From NCBI GenBank assembly GCA_016182085.1, contig JACOYB010000009.1, forward strand, positions 1,393-65,392: 64,000 nucleotides of DNA. The letters are read 5' to 3'. The translations under genes and the position numbers were made by a program. Numbering within the stretch: position 1 is the stretch's first letter; every line of letters begins with the position of its first letter. Of the stretch, positions 37,429 to 47,615 are shown piece after piece. The notes below the pieces were generated by a model. That model ran no database searches. It was not told the DNA's origin and worked only from the letters and a program-made list of their open reading frames with translations. Origin of the DNA: Candidatus Magasanikiibacteriota bacterium (lineage in GTDB: Bacteria > Patescibacteriota > Patescibacteriia > Magasanikbacterales > GWA2-37-8).

Positions 37429-37740
37429 TTACTCAACGGCCTGGATAGCGTCCAGCGAGCCGAGAAGTCTGGCGATGAAGAGATCTTCGGCAGCTCCGCT
37501 GAAGTGCTGAGAAAGTTCGATCGTGATGGTGCGATCGGCGTTTCCCCGCCAGTCTCCGTAGCTGCCCACAGAGGTGAGCAATTCGTCGTCCTCAATTGAG
37601 GCCGGCGCCAGGTAGTTCTCGCTCATCCGAAGTAGTTCTCTGACAGCGCCGGTTGCGCCATGTTTGAACTGCAGTCTCAACTTACGACTGCCCTTGCGCG
37701 CCTTCCTCAGTTCGGCAAACATCTGCTCTCTCGTATTCAT
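37429..37740 (-). CDS. Hypothetical protein (island 2, ORF B)
   Basis: RBS 'ggag' before the ATG at 37740; convergent terminator hairpin 'aaccaccg…cggtggtt' near 37300-37360. Confidence 0.4.
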   Translation of the reverse strand: MNTREQMFAELRKARKGSRKLRLQFKHGATGAVRELLRMSENYLAPASIEDDELLTSVGSYGDWRGNADRTITIELSQHFSGAAEDLFIARLLGSLDAIQAVE

Positions 37741-37890
37741 ACACATCTCCGAGGTGGAATGGAATTTGTTTGTGCAGTGAACAAGGCAGGATAGTACCAT
37801 ACTTTTTGCCCCAGGTCAATTAAAACCAGCAATCATGATTGACAATAATAATTAATGTGTTAGTCTTATTTACCAGGAGAAGGAGCTATT

Positions 37891-38244
37891 ATGAAATGGA
37901 AAAAGGTTGATCGGGTAGATAAAGGGATTACCATAACCGGAAATCATGGTGTTCCGCCCACAAGATGGTGGAACCACTGGTGGCTTGCGCTCTTCGGCTG
38001 GAAGACAATTGTCACGTTTAGTCTTCCTGATGAGGTGGCGACAAGCGGGTACCGTGTTGGCTTCACGACCAAAGACGGTAAGTCATGGTGTAAGCGCACA
38101 ATCGCGCACGATAAGTTCTTTAGCATGAAAATTGGGTACGAGGATTGCAAGTTCTGGGTCAAAGCGGCCCGCAATCCCGAACAGCCCGATACCGATGGCG
38201 CAGTGATTTTGCCCGAGCTCATCAGCAGAGGGCCTCTTCACTAA
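37891..38244 (+). CDS. Hypothetical protein (island 2, ORF C), Trp-rich N-terminus
   Basis: RBS 'aggagaaggag'; terminator 38316-38346. Confidence 0.4.
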   Translation: MKWKKVDRVDKGITITGNHGVPPTRWWNHWWLALFGWKTIVTFSLPDEVATSGYRVGFTTKDGKSWCKRTIAHDKFFSMKIGYEDCKFWVKAARNPEQPDTDGAVILPELISRGPLH

Positions 38245-38315
38245 GATGCAGCCATCTTTTCCAAGACGTACCCACCGCAAGGCGTTTTGGAAATAAAAAA
38301 ACTTGCGGTTTGAGC

Positions 38316-38346
38316 AAAAACAACCTTCATGAGAAGGTTGTTTTTG
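38316..38346 (+). terminator. Intrinsic terminator
   Basis: 'aaaaacaaccttc atga gaaggttgttttt'. Confidence 0.6.
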
Positions 38347-38464
38347 CTAGCTCTTTAATTATTGTTAAAATTCCTAGTAGGGAGTTTTTTGATTTTAAGT
38401 CTGTATGTATTTTTACAAAAAATTATGCTATTCTAAGTGCGGTAGAATATAACATCATTTATAT

Positions 38465-38818
38465 ATGGGTAAGAAATCATTTGAAACAGGAGGTTTGTTG
38501 CCACAGAAACAGACAAGCGAAGAGAATAATGAGAATTTGGAACTTGAGAAATACGCTACCGGAGAAATAGCAAATAGTGAGATTGCCGCCAAGGAATTTG
38601 CCAAGTTTGGTTTTAAAGTGGGTGATAGGGTAGAGGTTGCAGGAAGTTTAATGGAGCCGTATGAGGGCACTATTGAATATTTTGAAGTTGAAGAGGTTGG
38701 GGCGAGAAGCGTATCTTATCGTGCCTATGTAAAGGTAAAAGGTGCAGAGGATCTATATTATTTTACATTACAAGCAATAAAACATCCTTCTTCGGCAATA
38801 AGGGTAACTAAAATTTAA
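38465..38818 (+). CDS. Hypothetical protein
   Basis: 117-aa ORF. Confidence 0.3.
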   Translation: MGKKSFETGGLLPQKQTSEENNENLELEKYATGEIANSEIAAKEFAKFGFKVGDRVEVAGSLMEPYEGTIEYFEVEEVGARSVSYRAYVKVKGAEDLYYFTLQAIKHPSSAIRVTKI

Positions 38819-38852
38819 TAGGTTATACACGGTTGCGAAATACCACCAGTGC

Positions 38853-39797
38853 TTATTTTTCAAATAACGGATGAAAATCATGGTGTGTTTTTTCTGCAAA
38901 TTTATCGGAAGCATGCACATAACGAGTGGTTGTGTCTAGAGATTCATGTCCCAAAAGTATCTGAATCGCTGCCGGATTAGCCCCGTTTTCAGCCAAATAA
39001 GTGGCAAAACCATGTCTTAGCGTATGCGCGCTAATCGGAAGGTTTATATCTAGTAATTCTCGATATTTTTTTATTTTAAATTGTAAATAGTTAGTTGAAA
39101 TTTTTTTATTTTTTTCATTATTATTTCGGCCGCGGTAGGGGACAAATAGCATTTCAGAAGTGCTGTTGCGTTTTGCCATGTAATTTTTTAAATGAGTAAC
39201 AGCTCTAGGGGTTAAATAGGCAAAGCGCTGTTTTTTACCTTTCCCAAGTATGTAAACACGTCCGGTTTGATCAATCTGGTTAACTTTTAGCGACAATAAT
39301 TCTGATATACGCATGCCGGTGGCAAATAATGTTTCTAACATAGCGCGATTGCGCAAAGCCACACGCTCGTCATCCTCATATTTCATCGGAGCTTCAATGA
39401 TTTTTATCAACTCTCCAAATTCAGGAATTTGCGCGTGTTTTTTTATATTTTTTATTAGTTTTACGGCGCCGGATGAAACAGGCGGATCATGATCCATATC
39501 TTCCATAAATTTTAAGTACGATCGGAGGGCTGACAGCATTCGATTTATGGAATAGCTGCTTAATTTTTTATTTGTTTTTTCCCCGGAAACAGATGTTTTG
39601 CGATCAGATGACGCCAAGTAGGCTTTATAGCGTAAAATATCAGTTTTATTTATTCTGTTAAAGGGTGTTTTTATATCTTCGTTTAAAAAAGTTTCAAAAG
39701 TATTTAAATCGCGTTCATAGTTATACGCAGTTTCTTCCGAGAAGTTATTTGCTTTTAAGTTTAAAATAAAATCATCTAAATAGGGAAGTTGGTTCAT
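38853..39797 (-). CDS. Tyrosine site-specific recombinase (XerC/XerD/phage-integrase family)
   Basis: 'HTLRHGFATYLAENGANPAAIQILLGHESLDTTTRYVH' carries the R..H…R..Y catalytic signature; N-terminal core-binding domain. Confidence 0.8.
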   Translation of the reverse strand: MNQLPYLDDFILNLKANNFSEETAYNYERDLNTFETFLNEDIKTPFNRINKTDILRYKAYLASSDRKTSVSGEKTNKKLSSYSINRMLSALRSYLKFMEDMDHDPPVSSGAVKLIKNIKKHAQIPEFGELIKIIEAPMKYEDDERVALRNRAMLETLFATGMRISELLSLKVNQIDQTGRVYILGKGKKQRFAYLTPRAVTHLKNYMAKRNSTSEMLFVPYRGRNNNEKNKKISTNYLQFKIKKYRELLDINLPISAHTLRHGFATYLAENGANPAAIQILLGHESLDTTTRYVHASDKFAEKTHHDFHPLFEK

Positions 39798-39903
39798 ATT
39801 TTGCTTAAATTAGGCATATTGAATTGAGTGTAAGAGATATTATACTCAATTATATACCTCGGTGCAGCTAGGGTCAATAATGCTTATCCACACCTTTCTC
39901 CCT

Positions 39904-40926
39904 CTACTTCCAATACACCTTTTCGCCAAAACGAAGATCTATATATTCCTTTGGTTTTATGGTTGGTAGAATCTGTTTAAAGGTATCTATTTGCGCGTCC
40001 AGGTTATTTTTTGGTTGGAAAATAATACTCCAGGATTCTTTGGTATCAATTACCATTCCGGCATTTACATCGTCTAAAACGAAGAATTTAGGCGCTGCCC
40101 TCCCCTGCTCGGCCAACTCTCGCTGCCAAGTAATGGCCGAGGTAATAAATTCAGTTGGTAAAATACCAGATTTCTTTAATTCAATTTCAAGATTTCGTCT
40201 GTCATATATTAAGGGGTATGTGCCAAATAGTTTTCGGATTTTTTCATAATTTGGCACATGTTTAACTGAGGATGTCGTAATAATTGGCGTGGAAGTGGTG
40301 CTGGAAGTAAACGAAATGCTTAAACTGGTGGTGGTTGTGGTTTCTTTTAAAAACTCTCCGGCCTCAACATCTGTTAAATATTTGATTGCGGTTCCTTCGC
40401 TATCCAATAAGAAATATTTCTTACCGTTATCATAAATAATAGAGGAAATTTTTTCCTTAACTTCTATATTCAATTCATTAGGAAATACTTTTGTAACCCG
40501 AACGCTTTCCAAGGATAATGTATCATATAAATCCTTTGAAATACTGCCTTCATCAACAAAGAAATAGTTATTTAAAGGAAGCCTGCTTTTCTTGTTTAAA
40601 TACTTTTGAAATACGACTTGATCCAATTCTGCCCTGGTATTATTTTCCAGTCCAAAATAATTAACTTTATTAATTCTAAAGTATGGTAAATATGCCAAGC
40701 AAGCCGCCCAGGATATAAATAAAATAAGAAGTATAATCAACTTTAGCTTGGGACTTCTCTGCTTCTGTCTTCGTTCCGCTTTAAATGGATTTGATTTATA
40801 ATGTAATGACTGGTTTGGAACGGCAACAGAGTATTGTTTTTTTCTAAAAAGGCGTAAAATTTTTTTACGCCAGCTTACGTGGGGCTTATATTTTTCAAAA
40901 GCGTGTTCAGAACGGAAATGCTTCAT
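39904..40926 (-). CDS. FtsQ/DivIB-like (POTRA) membrane-anchored protein with a Ser/Thr-rich linker
   Basis: One N-terminal TM, a POTRA-like region 'KVNYFGLENNTRAELDQ…' and low-complexity 'TTTTSLSISFTSSTTSTPIITTSS'. Confidence 0.4.
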   Translation of the reverse strand: MKHFRSEHAFEKYKPHVSWRKKILRLFRKKQYSVAVPNQSLHYKSNPFKAERRQKQRSPKLKLIILLILFISWAACLAYLPYFRINKVNYFGLENNTRAELDQVVFQKYLNKKSRLPLNNYFFVDEGSISKDLYDTLSLESVRVTKVFPNELNIEVKEKISSIIYDNGKKYFLLDSEGTAIKYLTDVEAGEFLKETTTTTSLSISFTSSTTSTPIITTSSVKHVPNYEKIRKLFGTYPLIYDRRNLEIELKKSGILPTEFITSAITWQRELAEQGRAAPKFFVLDDVNAGMVIDTKESWSIIFQPKNNLDAQIDTFKQILPTIKPKEYIDLRFGEKVYWK

Positions 40927-40937
40927 GTGTGGATAAG

Positions 40938-42179
40938 TTAAAGTTTTTTGAATCCGGTATATTTACGCAAAGCCCTTGGTATGAGTACGCTGCCATCTTT
41001 TTGTTGGTGATTTTCTATAAGCGCCAGAGGGAATCTGCTGGACACAATGGCTGTGCCATTTAGGGTGTGCGCAAATTCATTTGAACCATCTTCTTTTTTG
41101 TACTTTATATTTAACCGGCGCGCTTGATAATCCGTGCAATTGCTGGTGCTGGTAATCTCTCCATAATCATTTTTCATGGTCATCCAAGCCTCTATATCAT
41201 ATTTGCGATAAGCAGGGCCGCCCAAATCGCCACTAGCAACGTCTATTACTCTATAAGGTAACTCTAGTCCATCACAAATCTTTTGTTCTAATTTAAGCAG
41301 CTCTTGGTGCATTTTTTCACTATCTTCTGGTTTGCAATAAACAAACATTTCTAATTTAGTAAACTGGTGCACGCGGTATAATCCTTTGCTTGTTTTGCCA
41401 TAAGCGCCAGCTTCGGTGCGGAAACAATGTGATACAGCCGCGTATTTTTTTGGTCCTTTGCTTAAATCAAGCACCTCGTCGGCATGATAGCCTCCCATGG
41501 TAATTTCGGCGGTGCCGATAAGGCTAAGATCGGTATTTTCTACGGAATATACCTGGGTTTCGGTGCCGCGTGGATTAAAACCAATACCGGTTAGAATATC
41601 ATTTTTGGCTAAATCGGGGGTTTCTATTAGAGAAAAACCCTGTTTTTCCAAGATGTCCATACCGTACTGGATAAGCGCTTGATTGAGACGCACCAATTTA
41701 TTTTTAGCAAAGTAGAATTTTGAAGCGGCTACTTTGGCTCCTCTTTCAAAATCTATTAAATCTAAATTAAGCATCAGTTCGTCATGGTCTTTTGGTTGAA
41801 AAGAAAACTTGGGCGGATTGCCTTCTTTGGCCACTACTGTATAATCCTCTTCCCCGCCTATTGGACTTTCCGGATGAGTAAGATTCGGGACTCTTAACAA
41901 GAGTTCGCGATATTTAGTTTCTGTTTCTTCGGCATTTTTTTCTAAAACGGTAATATCGTCCCCCATTTTGCGGAGTCTGGCGATATCTTCTTCGCTAGGC
42001 TTGCCCTTTGATTGGCTTTTTCTTTGCGCTCGCAATGCTTCTACTTCCTGTTGGGCTGCGCGTCTTTGTTCATCTAGTTTAAGCAGCTCATCTACATCCA
42101 AATTAACATGCCGATTTTTGCAGTTCTCTTTTATCAGTTCTTTGTTTTCACGGATGAATTTTATGTCTAGCATATACAA
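40938..42179 (-). CDS. serS: Seryl-tRNA synthetase
   Basis: N-terminal coiled-coil arm and class II motifs. Confidence 0.85.
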   Translation of the reverse strand: MYMLDIKFIRENKELIKENCKNRHVNLDVDELLKLDEQRRAAQQEVEALRAQRKSQSKGKPSEEDIARLRKMGDDITVLEKNAEETETKYRELLLRVPNLTHPESPIGGEEDYTVVAKEGNPPKFSFQPKDHDELMLNLDLIDFERGAKVAASKFYFAKNKLVRLNQALIQYGMDILEKQGFSLIETPDLAKNDILTGIGFNPRGTETQVYSVENTDLSLIGTAEITMGGYHADEVLDLSKGPKKYAAVSHCFRTEAGAYGKTSKGLYRVHQFTKLEMFVYCKPEDSEKMHQELLKLEQKICDGLELPYRVIDVASGDLGGPAYRKYDIEAWMTMKNDYGEITSTSNCTDYQARRLNIKYKKEDGSNEFAHTLNGTAIVSSRFPLALIENHQQKDGSVLIPRALRKYTGFKKL

Positions 42180-42180
42180 T

Positions 42181-43209
42181 TTACGGTTTGATATATTTTA
42201 ATAGGACTTTTTTATTGCTTTTTGATTGAATAAGTTTTTTGTTCAAGGGTAACATATCTGCTTTTAAAGCTTCTGTATAAGTAAACCAGCTATAATCTGA
42301 ACTTTCTGAAGGCGCAAGTTTTAGCTTGCCGGATTTTATCGTACAAACACACATAAAAAGATGTACCTGATAAGCATCTTCTTTGACCAAGGTTGTAACA
42401 ATATCAGGCATCTGCTGCCGTATCTGTACTTTAAAACCAGTTTCTTCCAGCACTTCATTGTGCAGCGTTTGGACAAATGTTTCTCCACCCTCTACGCCTC
42501 CGCCGGGAAATTCCCATTTATCATTAAATTCCGGACGAAAATCTCGGCGTTTGGTCATAAGCATTTTGCCATCTTTTACAATAATTCCGGCGGCGCAGAT
42601 AAGCTGATACGGCTGATAATTTTTCATTAAAAAATATTTTAACTGAATGGCCATCTTTCCTCTCTGACTTACGATATTTTTTTCAAGCAGCGGCATTTCC
42701 GCAAATAGTTTTTTCATTGGCGGGTAATAAAAGATAGAGGCATAGCCCATATTTTCTTGCACATGCGGAAGCATTTTTTTAGCTATAATCCCATCGGTTC
42801 TGCCTTTAAAAATAGTGAAACTATTAGTCGTTGGATTATATAAACATCCGGAAGTTTCAAAATAAGCCGCGCGCTTTTTATCTGGAACCCCCTCTAATTT
42901 TTTTAACACCGCATTGTTTCTCTCTATGGCCGTAGCTCCTAATCGTTTTGCCTTTACTCCCGGCTCTCCGTTTAAATAATCAATAAATAATCCGGTATCT
43001 TCGGCAACGGTAAGTAAACCTGTTTTTTTAGCAAAAAACTGCGCTTTTTCCAAAGCATTTTCCCAGGTAGTAGCATGGGGTTCATCCACCTCTACCCCAT
43101 TCAGCTTAAGATCTGTAAGACTAACAAACTTAAAATGCAGGTCCGCAAGTTCAATCGTTATTTCTTCAAACTTAGCTTTGTTCGTTGTGGCAATAAGGAT
43201 TTTTTTCAT
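42181..43209 (-). CDS. Fusion: RdgB/HAM1 non-canonical NTP pyrophosphatase plus Nudix hydrolase
   Basis: 'KILIATTNKAKFEE…EDTGLFIDYLNGEPGVKAKR' (Ham1) followed by Nudix box 'GGGVEGGETFVQTLHNEVLEETGF'. Confidence 0.65.
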   Translation of the reverse strand: MKKILIATTNKAKFEEITIELADLHFKFVSLTDLKLNGVEVDEPHATTWENALEKAQFFAKKTGLLTVAEDTGLFIDYLNGEPGVKAKRLGATAIERNNAVLKKLEGVPDKKRAAYFETSGCLYNPTTNSFTIFKGRTDGIIAKKMLPHVQENMGYASIFYYPPMKKLFAEMPLLEKNIVSQRGKMAIQLKYFLMKNYQPYQLICAAGIIVKDGKMLMTKRRDFRPEFNDKWEFPGGGVEGGETFVQTLHNEVLEETGFKVQIRQQMPDIVTTLVKEDAYQVHLFMCVCTIKSGKLKLAPSESSDYSWFTYTEALKADMLPLNKKLIQSKSNKKVLLKYIKP

Positions 43210-43613
43210 ACTTCCAGTAAGGCTGCGCGTAGTTTAGAACTCTTATATATTTCCGGTTTAAACGCTTCCAGGCGCACGATCTGTACATGTTTTTTTACAA
43301 CATCTTGCAGTTTGTCGGTAAAAAATTTTTGATCGTATCCGAGTACGATAATATCAGGATCTTCATCGATAATCACCTGATATTTATCTCCGGTATTTCC
43401 TAACCGTATTTTATCGGCAATTTGCAATTTTTCCAAGTTCTTTAAGCGCTGTTGTTCATTAAATAGCGGTTGTTGGCCTTTTACTTGCTGCACGGTAGCG
43501 TCTCTGGCCACAATTACCGTAAGATGATCGCCTTGTTTTTTTGCTTCAGTAAGAATATAGGCGTGACCCGGGTGCAGTATATCAAATGTACCGAATGCCA
43601 AAACTTTGCGCAT
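43206..43613 (-). CDS. Cytidylyl/adenylyltransferase-family protein (HxGH nucleotidyltransferase)
   Basis: 'GTFDILHPGH' resembles TagD/RibL-like enzymes. Confidence 0.55.
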   Translation of the reverse strand: MRKVLAFGTFDILHPGHAYILTEAKKQGDHLTVIVARDATVQQVKGQQPLFNEQQRLKNLEKLQIADKIRLGNTGDKYQVIIDEDPDIIVLGYDQKFFTDKLQDVVKKHVQIVRLEAFKPEIYKSSKLRAALLEV

Positions 43614-43616
43614 ATA

Positions 43617-45077
43617 TTATTTCTCCGGTTTTAAAGTTGGAAACAGAATTACCTCCTTTAGGTTTTGTACGTCCATGAGAAGTTTTATAAGCCTGTCTAT
43701 ACCCATGCCCAGACCAGCCGTAGGCGGCATGCCATGTTTAAGGGCTGTAACAAAATCCTCATCATACGGCATGCTTTCCTCATCCCCCGCTTCGTGCAAT
43801 CTCTCTTGTTCTTTAAATCTGGATTCTTGATCTATAGGATCATTAAGTTCTGAAAAGCCATTACAAAGTTCATTTCCACCCACGCAAACTAGCTGCAGAC
43901 GTTCCACATATCTAGGATTATCGGCTTTACGTTTAGCCAGCGGTGACAACTCCACCGGATGGTCTATCATAAAAATTGGATTAATAATTTTTGGCCGCGC
44001 AAACGTTTTGTATATTTCATCCACCATTTTTCCATAACCTGTATTTGCGTCTACGCCGTCTATATTTAATTTTTTAATCTTTTTATATAAAGAAGTTTGA
44101 TCCGGAAATTCTTCAATATCTATATCTGCGTACTGTTTAATAAGCTCACGCATAGTTTTGCGCGGATAGGGCGGAGTAAAATCAACTTCCGTATCCTGAG
44201 CCTTAAATTTAAGAGGCAAGCCGGCAGTAGTGATTACCTTTGGTAATAATTCTTCAACTAAATCCATTAAATCCTCGTAATTTGCGTAAGCCCAGTAAAA
44301 CTCAACTTGGGTAAATTCAGGATTATGGTTGTTGTCTATACCCTCATTTCTAAAACACTTGGCAATTTCATAAACTTTTTCAAACCCGCCAACAATCAGG
44401 CGTTTTAGATATAATTCCGGCGCAATTCGCAGATATAAAGGAATATCCAGCGCGTTGTGATGCGTGCTAAACGGTTTGGCCAGCGCCCCGCCGTATAAAG
44501 TCTGTAACACGGGGGTCTCAACTTCAAAAAATCCTTTACTGTCAAAATAATTTCTGATTTCACGAACAATAACGCTTCTTACCTTGGCAATTTTCATTGA
44601 CTCTTCATTCGCGATAAGATCCAAGTATCTCTGGCGATATCTGGTTTCAATATTTTGCAAGCCGTGGAATTTTTCCGGAAGCGGTAAAAGTGTTTTGCTA
44701 AGCAGGGTATATTTTTTTACTAAAACCGTAAGCTCGCCTTTGTGGGTGATAAAAAGGTCGCCTTCTATGTGTAAAAAATCTCCTACATCAAAATACTTGA
44801 TAAAAAATTTATAGGTTTCCTTACCTAGTTCTTTTTCAGAAAAAGCAAGCTGTATGTTGCCGCTCCCATCTTTTATATGAGAAAAAGCAATTCTTCCCAT
44901 TTCTCTTTTGGAAATAAGTCGGCCCGCAACTTTTACCGGGGTATTTTCCGGTTTTTGCAAAGCATCTTTTACGGAGATTCGCTCTTCGGTATGGCTTGGA
45001 TATGGATTGACGCCAAGAGCGCGAAGATGTTCCAGTCGTTCCAGTCTGACTTTATCCTCCCTGATTTCATCTGACAT
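43617..45077 (-). CDS. lysS: Lysyl-tRNA synthetase (class II)
   Basis: OB-fold N-terminal domain, 'FRNEGIDNNHNPEFT' and 'GGNELCNGFSELNDP'. Confidence 0.85.
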   Translation of the reverse strand: MSDEIREDKVRLERLEHLRALGVNPYPSHTEERISVKDALQKPENTPVKVAGRLISKREMGRIAFSHIKDGSGNIQLAFSEKELGKETYKFFIKYFDVGDFLHIEGDLFITHKGELTVLVKKYTLLSKTLLPLPEKFHGLQNIETRYRQRYLDLIANEESMKIAKVRSVIVREIRNYFDSKGFFEVETPVLQTLYGGALAKPFSTHHNALDIPLYLRIAPELYLKRLIVGGFEKVYEIAKCFRNEGIDNNHNPEFTQVEFYWAYANYEDLMDLVEELLPKVITTAGLPLKFKAQDTEVDFTPPYPRKTMRELIKQYADIDIEEFPDQTSLYKKIKKLNIDGVDANTGYGKMVDEIYKTFARPKIINPIFMIDHPVELSPLAKRKADNPRYVERLQLVCVGGNELCNGFSELNDPIDQESRFKEQERLHEAGDEESMPYDEDFVTALKHGMPPTAGLGMGIDRLIKLLMDVQNLKEVILFPTLKPEK

Positions 45078-45091
45078 AATGCTTAAAACGT

Positions 45092-45565
45092 TTATTTAAT
45101 TTCTAAAATTTCGTATATTTGTTTCCCGGCTGGGGTTACCACCGATACTTCATCTCCTACCGCATGGCCAATAAATGTCCCGCCAAGCGGAGATTCGTTG
45201 GAAATTTTTCCCTGTAACGGGTTCGCCTCTTGTGGGCCAACAATTGTGTATGATTTTGTCCTATCGCCTGTTTTCACGGTAATATTACTGCCCATCTGCA
45301 CTTTCCCGCCCTGCTTTTGGCCAACAGATTCTACAATCTCAGCATTATCTAAAATACGCTGCACATCTTGCTTTCTGCCCTGTGCCCAAGCCATTTCTTC
45401 CTTGGCTTGGTGGTATTCGGCGTTTTCCGACAAGTCGCCATGTTGTTTAGCTTCATCTATACGTACGGCAATCTCGGGGATCTTGGTATTTTTTAAATAT
45501 TCAAGTTCGTTTTGCAAGTCTGCCAAGCCTTTGGGGGTGAGATATTGGGTTTTTTGATTTAACAT
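45092..45565 (-). CDS. greA: Transcription elongation factor GreA
   Basis: 'GDLSENAEYHQAKEE' and a C-terminal FKBP-like domain. Confidence 0.8.
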   Translation of the reverse strand: MLNQKTQYLTPKGLADLQNELEYLKNTKIPEIAVRIDEAKQHGDLSENAEYHQAKEEMAWAQGRKQDVQRILDNAEIVESVGQKQGGKVQMGSNITVKTGDRTKSYTIVGPQEANPLQGKISNESPLGGTFIGHAVGDEVSVVTPAGKQIYEILEIK

Positions 45566-45644
45566 ATTTTCGCTAATTTTATCGTTTTTATCTTTGATTT
45601 AGATAGAAAAATTATATCATAAAAGCTTGGGTTTGGTAAAGAAA

Positions 45645-47615
45645 TTAATTTAAGTATTTTTTCCCCCACCAGAGCAAGAAATCACGGGCAATTGGCTGCG
45701 CGGTGGTACTTCCTTCCTCCCCTTCTTCAATCAGCACGGTAACTACAATTTCAGGGTTGTTTGCTGGAGCAAATGAAGTGAACCAGGCATGATTATCTTT
45801 ATTTGAATTCCACTGAGCCGTACCTGTTTTTCCGCCGCTTGCAAACGGCAGCACCCGCATAAGTCCGCAACTGCCGTATACTACACAATCTTTCATCCCC
45901 TGGCGAACGATGCTTAAGTTCTCGGCAGAAACGGGTACGTCGTATTTTTTGAAATCTAAAGAGGTTTTAGTATGAGTTACAGGTTCTTCCAGTTGCAGAC
46001 CCAAATGAGGTTGTATTACTTTACCGCCATTTGCCACGGCCGCAGTCCATACGGCTACTTGAAGCGGAGTTACGAGTAAATCCCCCTGGCCAATGGATAT
46101 ATTGTAGGTATCACCGACAAACCACTGCTCACCCTTAGTTTTAAGTTTCCATTCTTTGCTTGGTAGAAAACCGGCAGCTTCTCCGGTTAAATCTATTTCA
46201 GTTTTTTTAGAAATTCCAAACGCGGTCATATACTTCGCAATTCTATCAATCCCTAAGCCCACGAAATTTTTATATCCGCCGCCTACGTAGTAGAAAAAAG
46301 TATTTACCGACCAAGCTATGCCCTTATATACATTGGTAGTGCCATGACCGCCGACTTTCCAATCTCTGAATATTCTATCTCCCAATTTTAATCCGCCCGT
46401 ACTTAAAAAGGCTGTGGTGGGAGTGATTATTTTTTCCTGCAAAGCGGCGGCGGCCATAACCAGCTTTATCGTAGAGCCGGATGGATAAGTACCTCCGATA
46501 GCCCGATTAAATAGCGGATGATCGGTATTTTGAGTGTATTCACTGTATTTTTTTTGAGTTATACCTCCGGAAAAATCATTATTATTAAAGGCCGGCAGGC
46601 TGACCATGGCCAAAATTGAACCATCTCGCGGATCCATAGCCATTGCCGCCGCGCGTTTCTTGCCTGTTTTGGCCAGCATGTTTTTTGTGAGCTCCTCCAA
46701 TTTTTTTTGCGCTTCCAAATCAAGCGTTAAGATCAAATTTTTTCCTGGATGCGGCGGATCTTCGGCGAGCACGCTTTGTTCCCGGCCAATAGCGTTTACT
46801 TCTACCTTTTTAAGTCCGTATTTGCCGCGCAACGCGGATTCATAGCTTTTTTCCAATCCAACCTTGCCGATATTATCAAATGGCAAGTATTCTTCTGTAT
46901 CTTTTAGACCCTCTATTTCTTGATCATTTAATTTGCCTAAGTACCCAAGAAGGTGAGAAATACTTAAGTTGTGTTCCAGGGTGCTTGTGGAAGAAATATA
47001 TTGGCGTTTACTGCCTTTTTCAATGGAAATACCGGGAAGTTGTGAGCTTTGGATGTATAACTTTAACGCGGATTCGTAGTCCAAGTTTTCTTTAATAACC
47101 AAGGAAGCGTAGCTGTATGAACTGTATTTCTTTAACATTTCCGTAATTTGTTCTTCGGGTACGCCGCTTAAACTGACTACTCTCTCAATAACAGTTTTGC
47201 GTTTGCCGGCATTTCTAGGCAGGTCTTGAGGAATCAAAGCTAGAGAAAAATTAGGCACGTTTTCTACAAGCTCCGTATGGAATCTATCATAGATAATCCC
47301 CCGTTCCGAAAGAATTGGCCGCAACCTAATTCTATTTCCTTCGGCCAGATCGCGATAATAACCGCCCTTTACCGTTTGCAGATAAAATGTTTTGCCAAAA
47401 AGCATCCCAAGCCCGGCAATAACGATAAGCATCATGATAAAAATATTCTTTCGAGGAATGCTCGTACCTAAGTATGTTTTGGTATGTGATAAGGAAATTT
47501 GTTTGCCGGTCTGGCGTTCAAAATTAAAAGATTCCTCAACCCAGTTGTGGCTATACTTTCCATCTAAATCTCCACGTTGAATTTTTTCTTCGGAAATATC
47601 AAATATTTTTGCCAT
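45645..47615 (-). CDS. mrdA: Penicillin-binding protein 2 (elongasome transpeptidase)
   Basis: 'GSTIK' (SxxK), 'SVN' and 'KTGTAQ'. Sits downstream of mreBCD. Confidence 0.8.
   Translation of the reverse strand: MAKIFDISEEKIQRGDLDGKYSHNWVEESFNFERQTGKQISLSHTKTYLGTSIPRKNIFIMMLIVIAGLGMLFGKTFYLQTVKGGYYRDLAEGNRIRLRPILSERGIIYDRFHTELVENVPNFSLALIPQDLPRNAGKRKTVIERVVSLSGVPEEQITEMLKKYSSYSYASLVIKENLDYESALKLYIQSSQLPGISIEKGSKRQYISSTSTLEHNLSISHLLGYLGKLNDQEIEGLKDTEEYLPFDNIGKVGLEKSYESALRGKYGLKKVEVNAIGREQSVLAEDPPHPGKNLILTLDLEAQKKLEELTKNMLAKTGKKRAAAMAMDPRDGSILAMVSLPAFNNNDFSGGITQKKYSEYTQNTDHPLFNRAIGGTYPSGSTIKLVMAAAALQEKIITPTTAFLSTGGLKLGDRIFRDWKVGGHGTTNVYKGIAWSVNTFFYYVGGGYKNFVGLGIDRIAKYMTAFGISKKTEIDLTGEAAGFLPSKEWKLKTKGEQWFVGDTYNISIGQGDLLVTPLQVAVWTAAVANGGKVIQPHLGLQLEEPVTHTKTSLDFKKYDVPVSAENLSIVRQGMKDCVVYGSCGLMRVLPFASGGKTGTAQWNSNKDNHAWFTSFAPANNPEIVVTVLIEEGEEGSTTAQPIARDFLLWWGKKYLN

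Noticed and set aside
39798-39903. Hairpin 'aattgagtgtaagagatattatactcaatt' and shared 9-mer 'atattatac' as an att site of an integrated element
   Set aside because: A 9-bp match in AT-rich DNA is expected by chance. It is kept only as a weak pointer in the island-2 finding.
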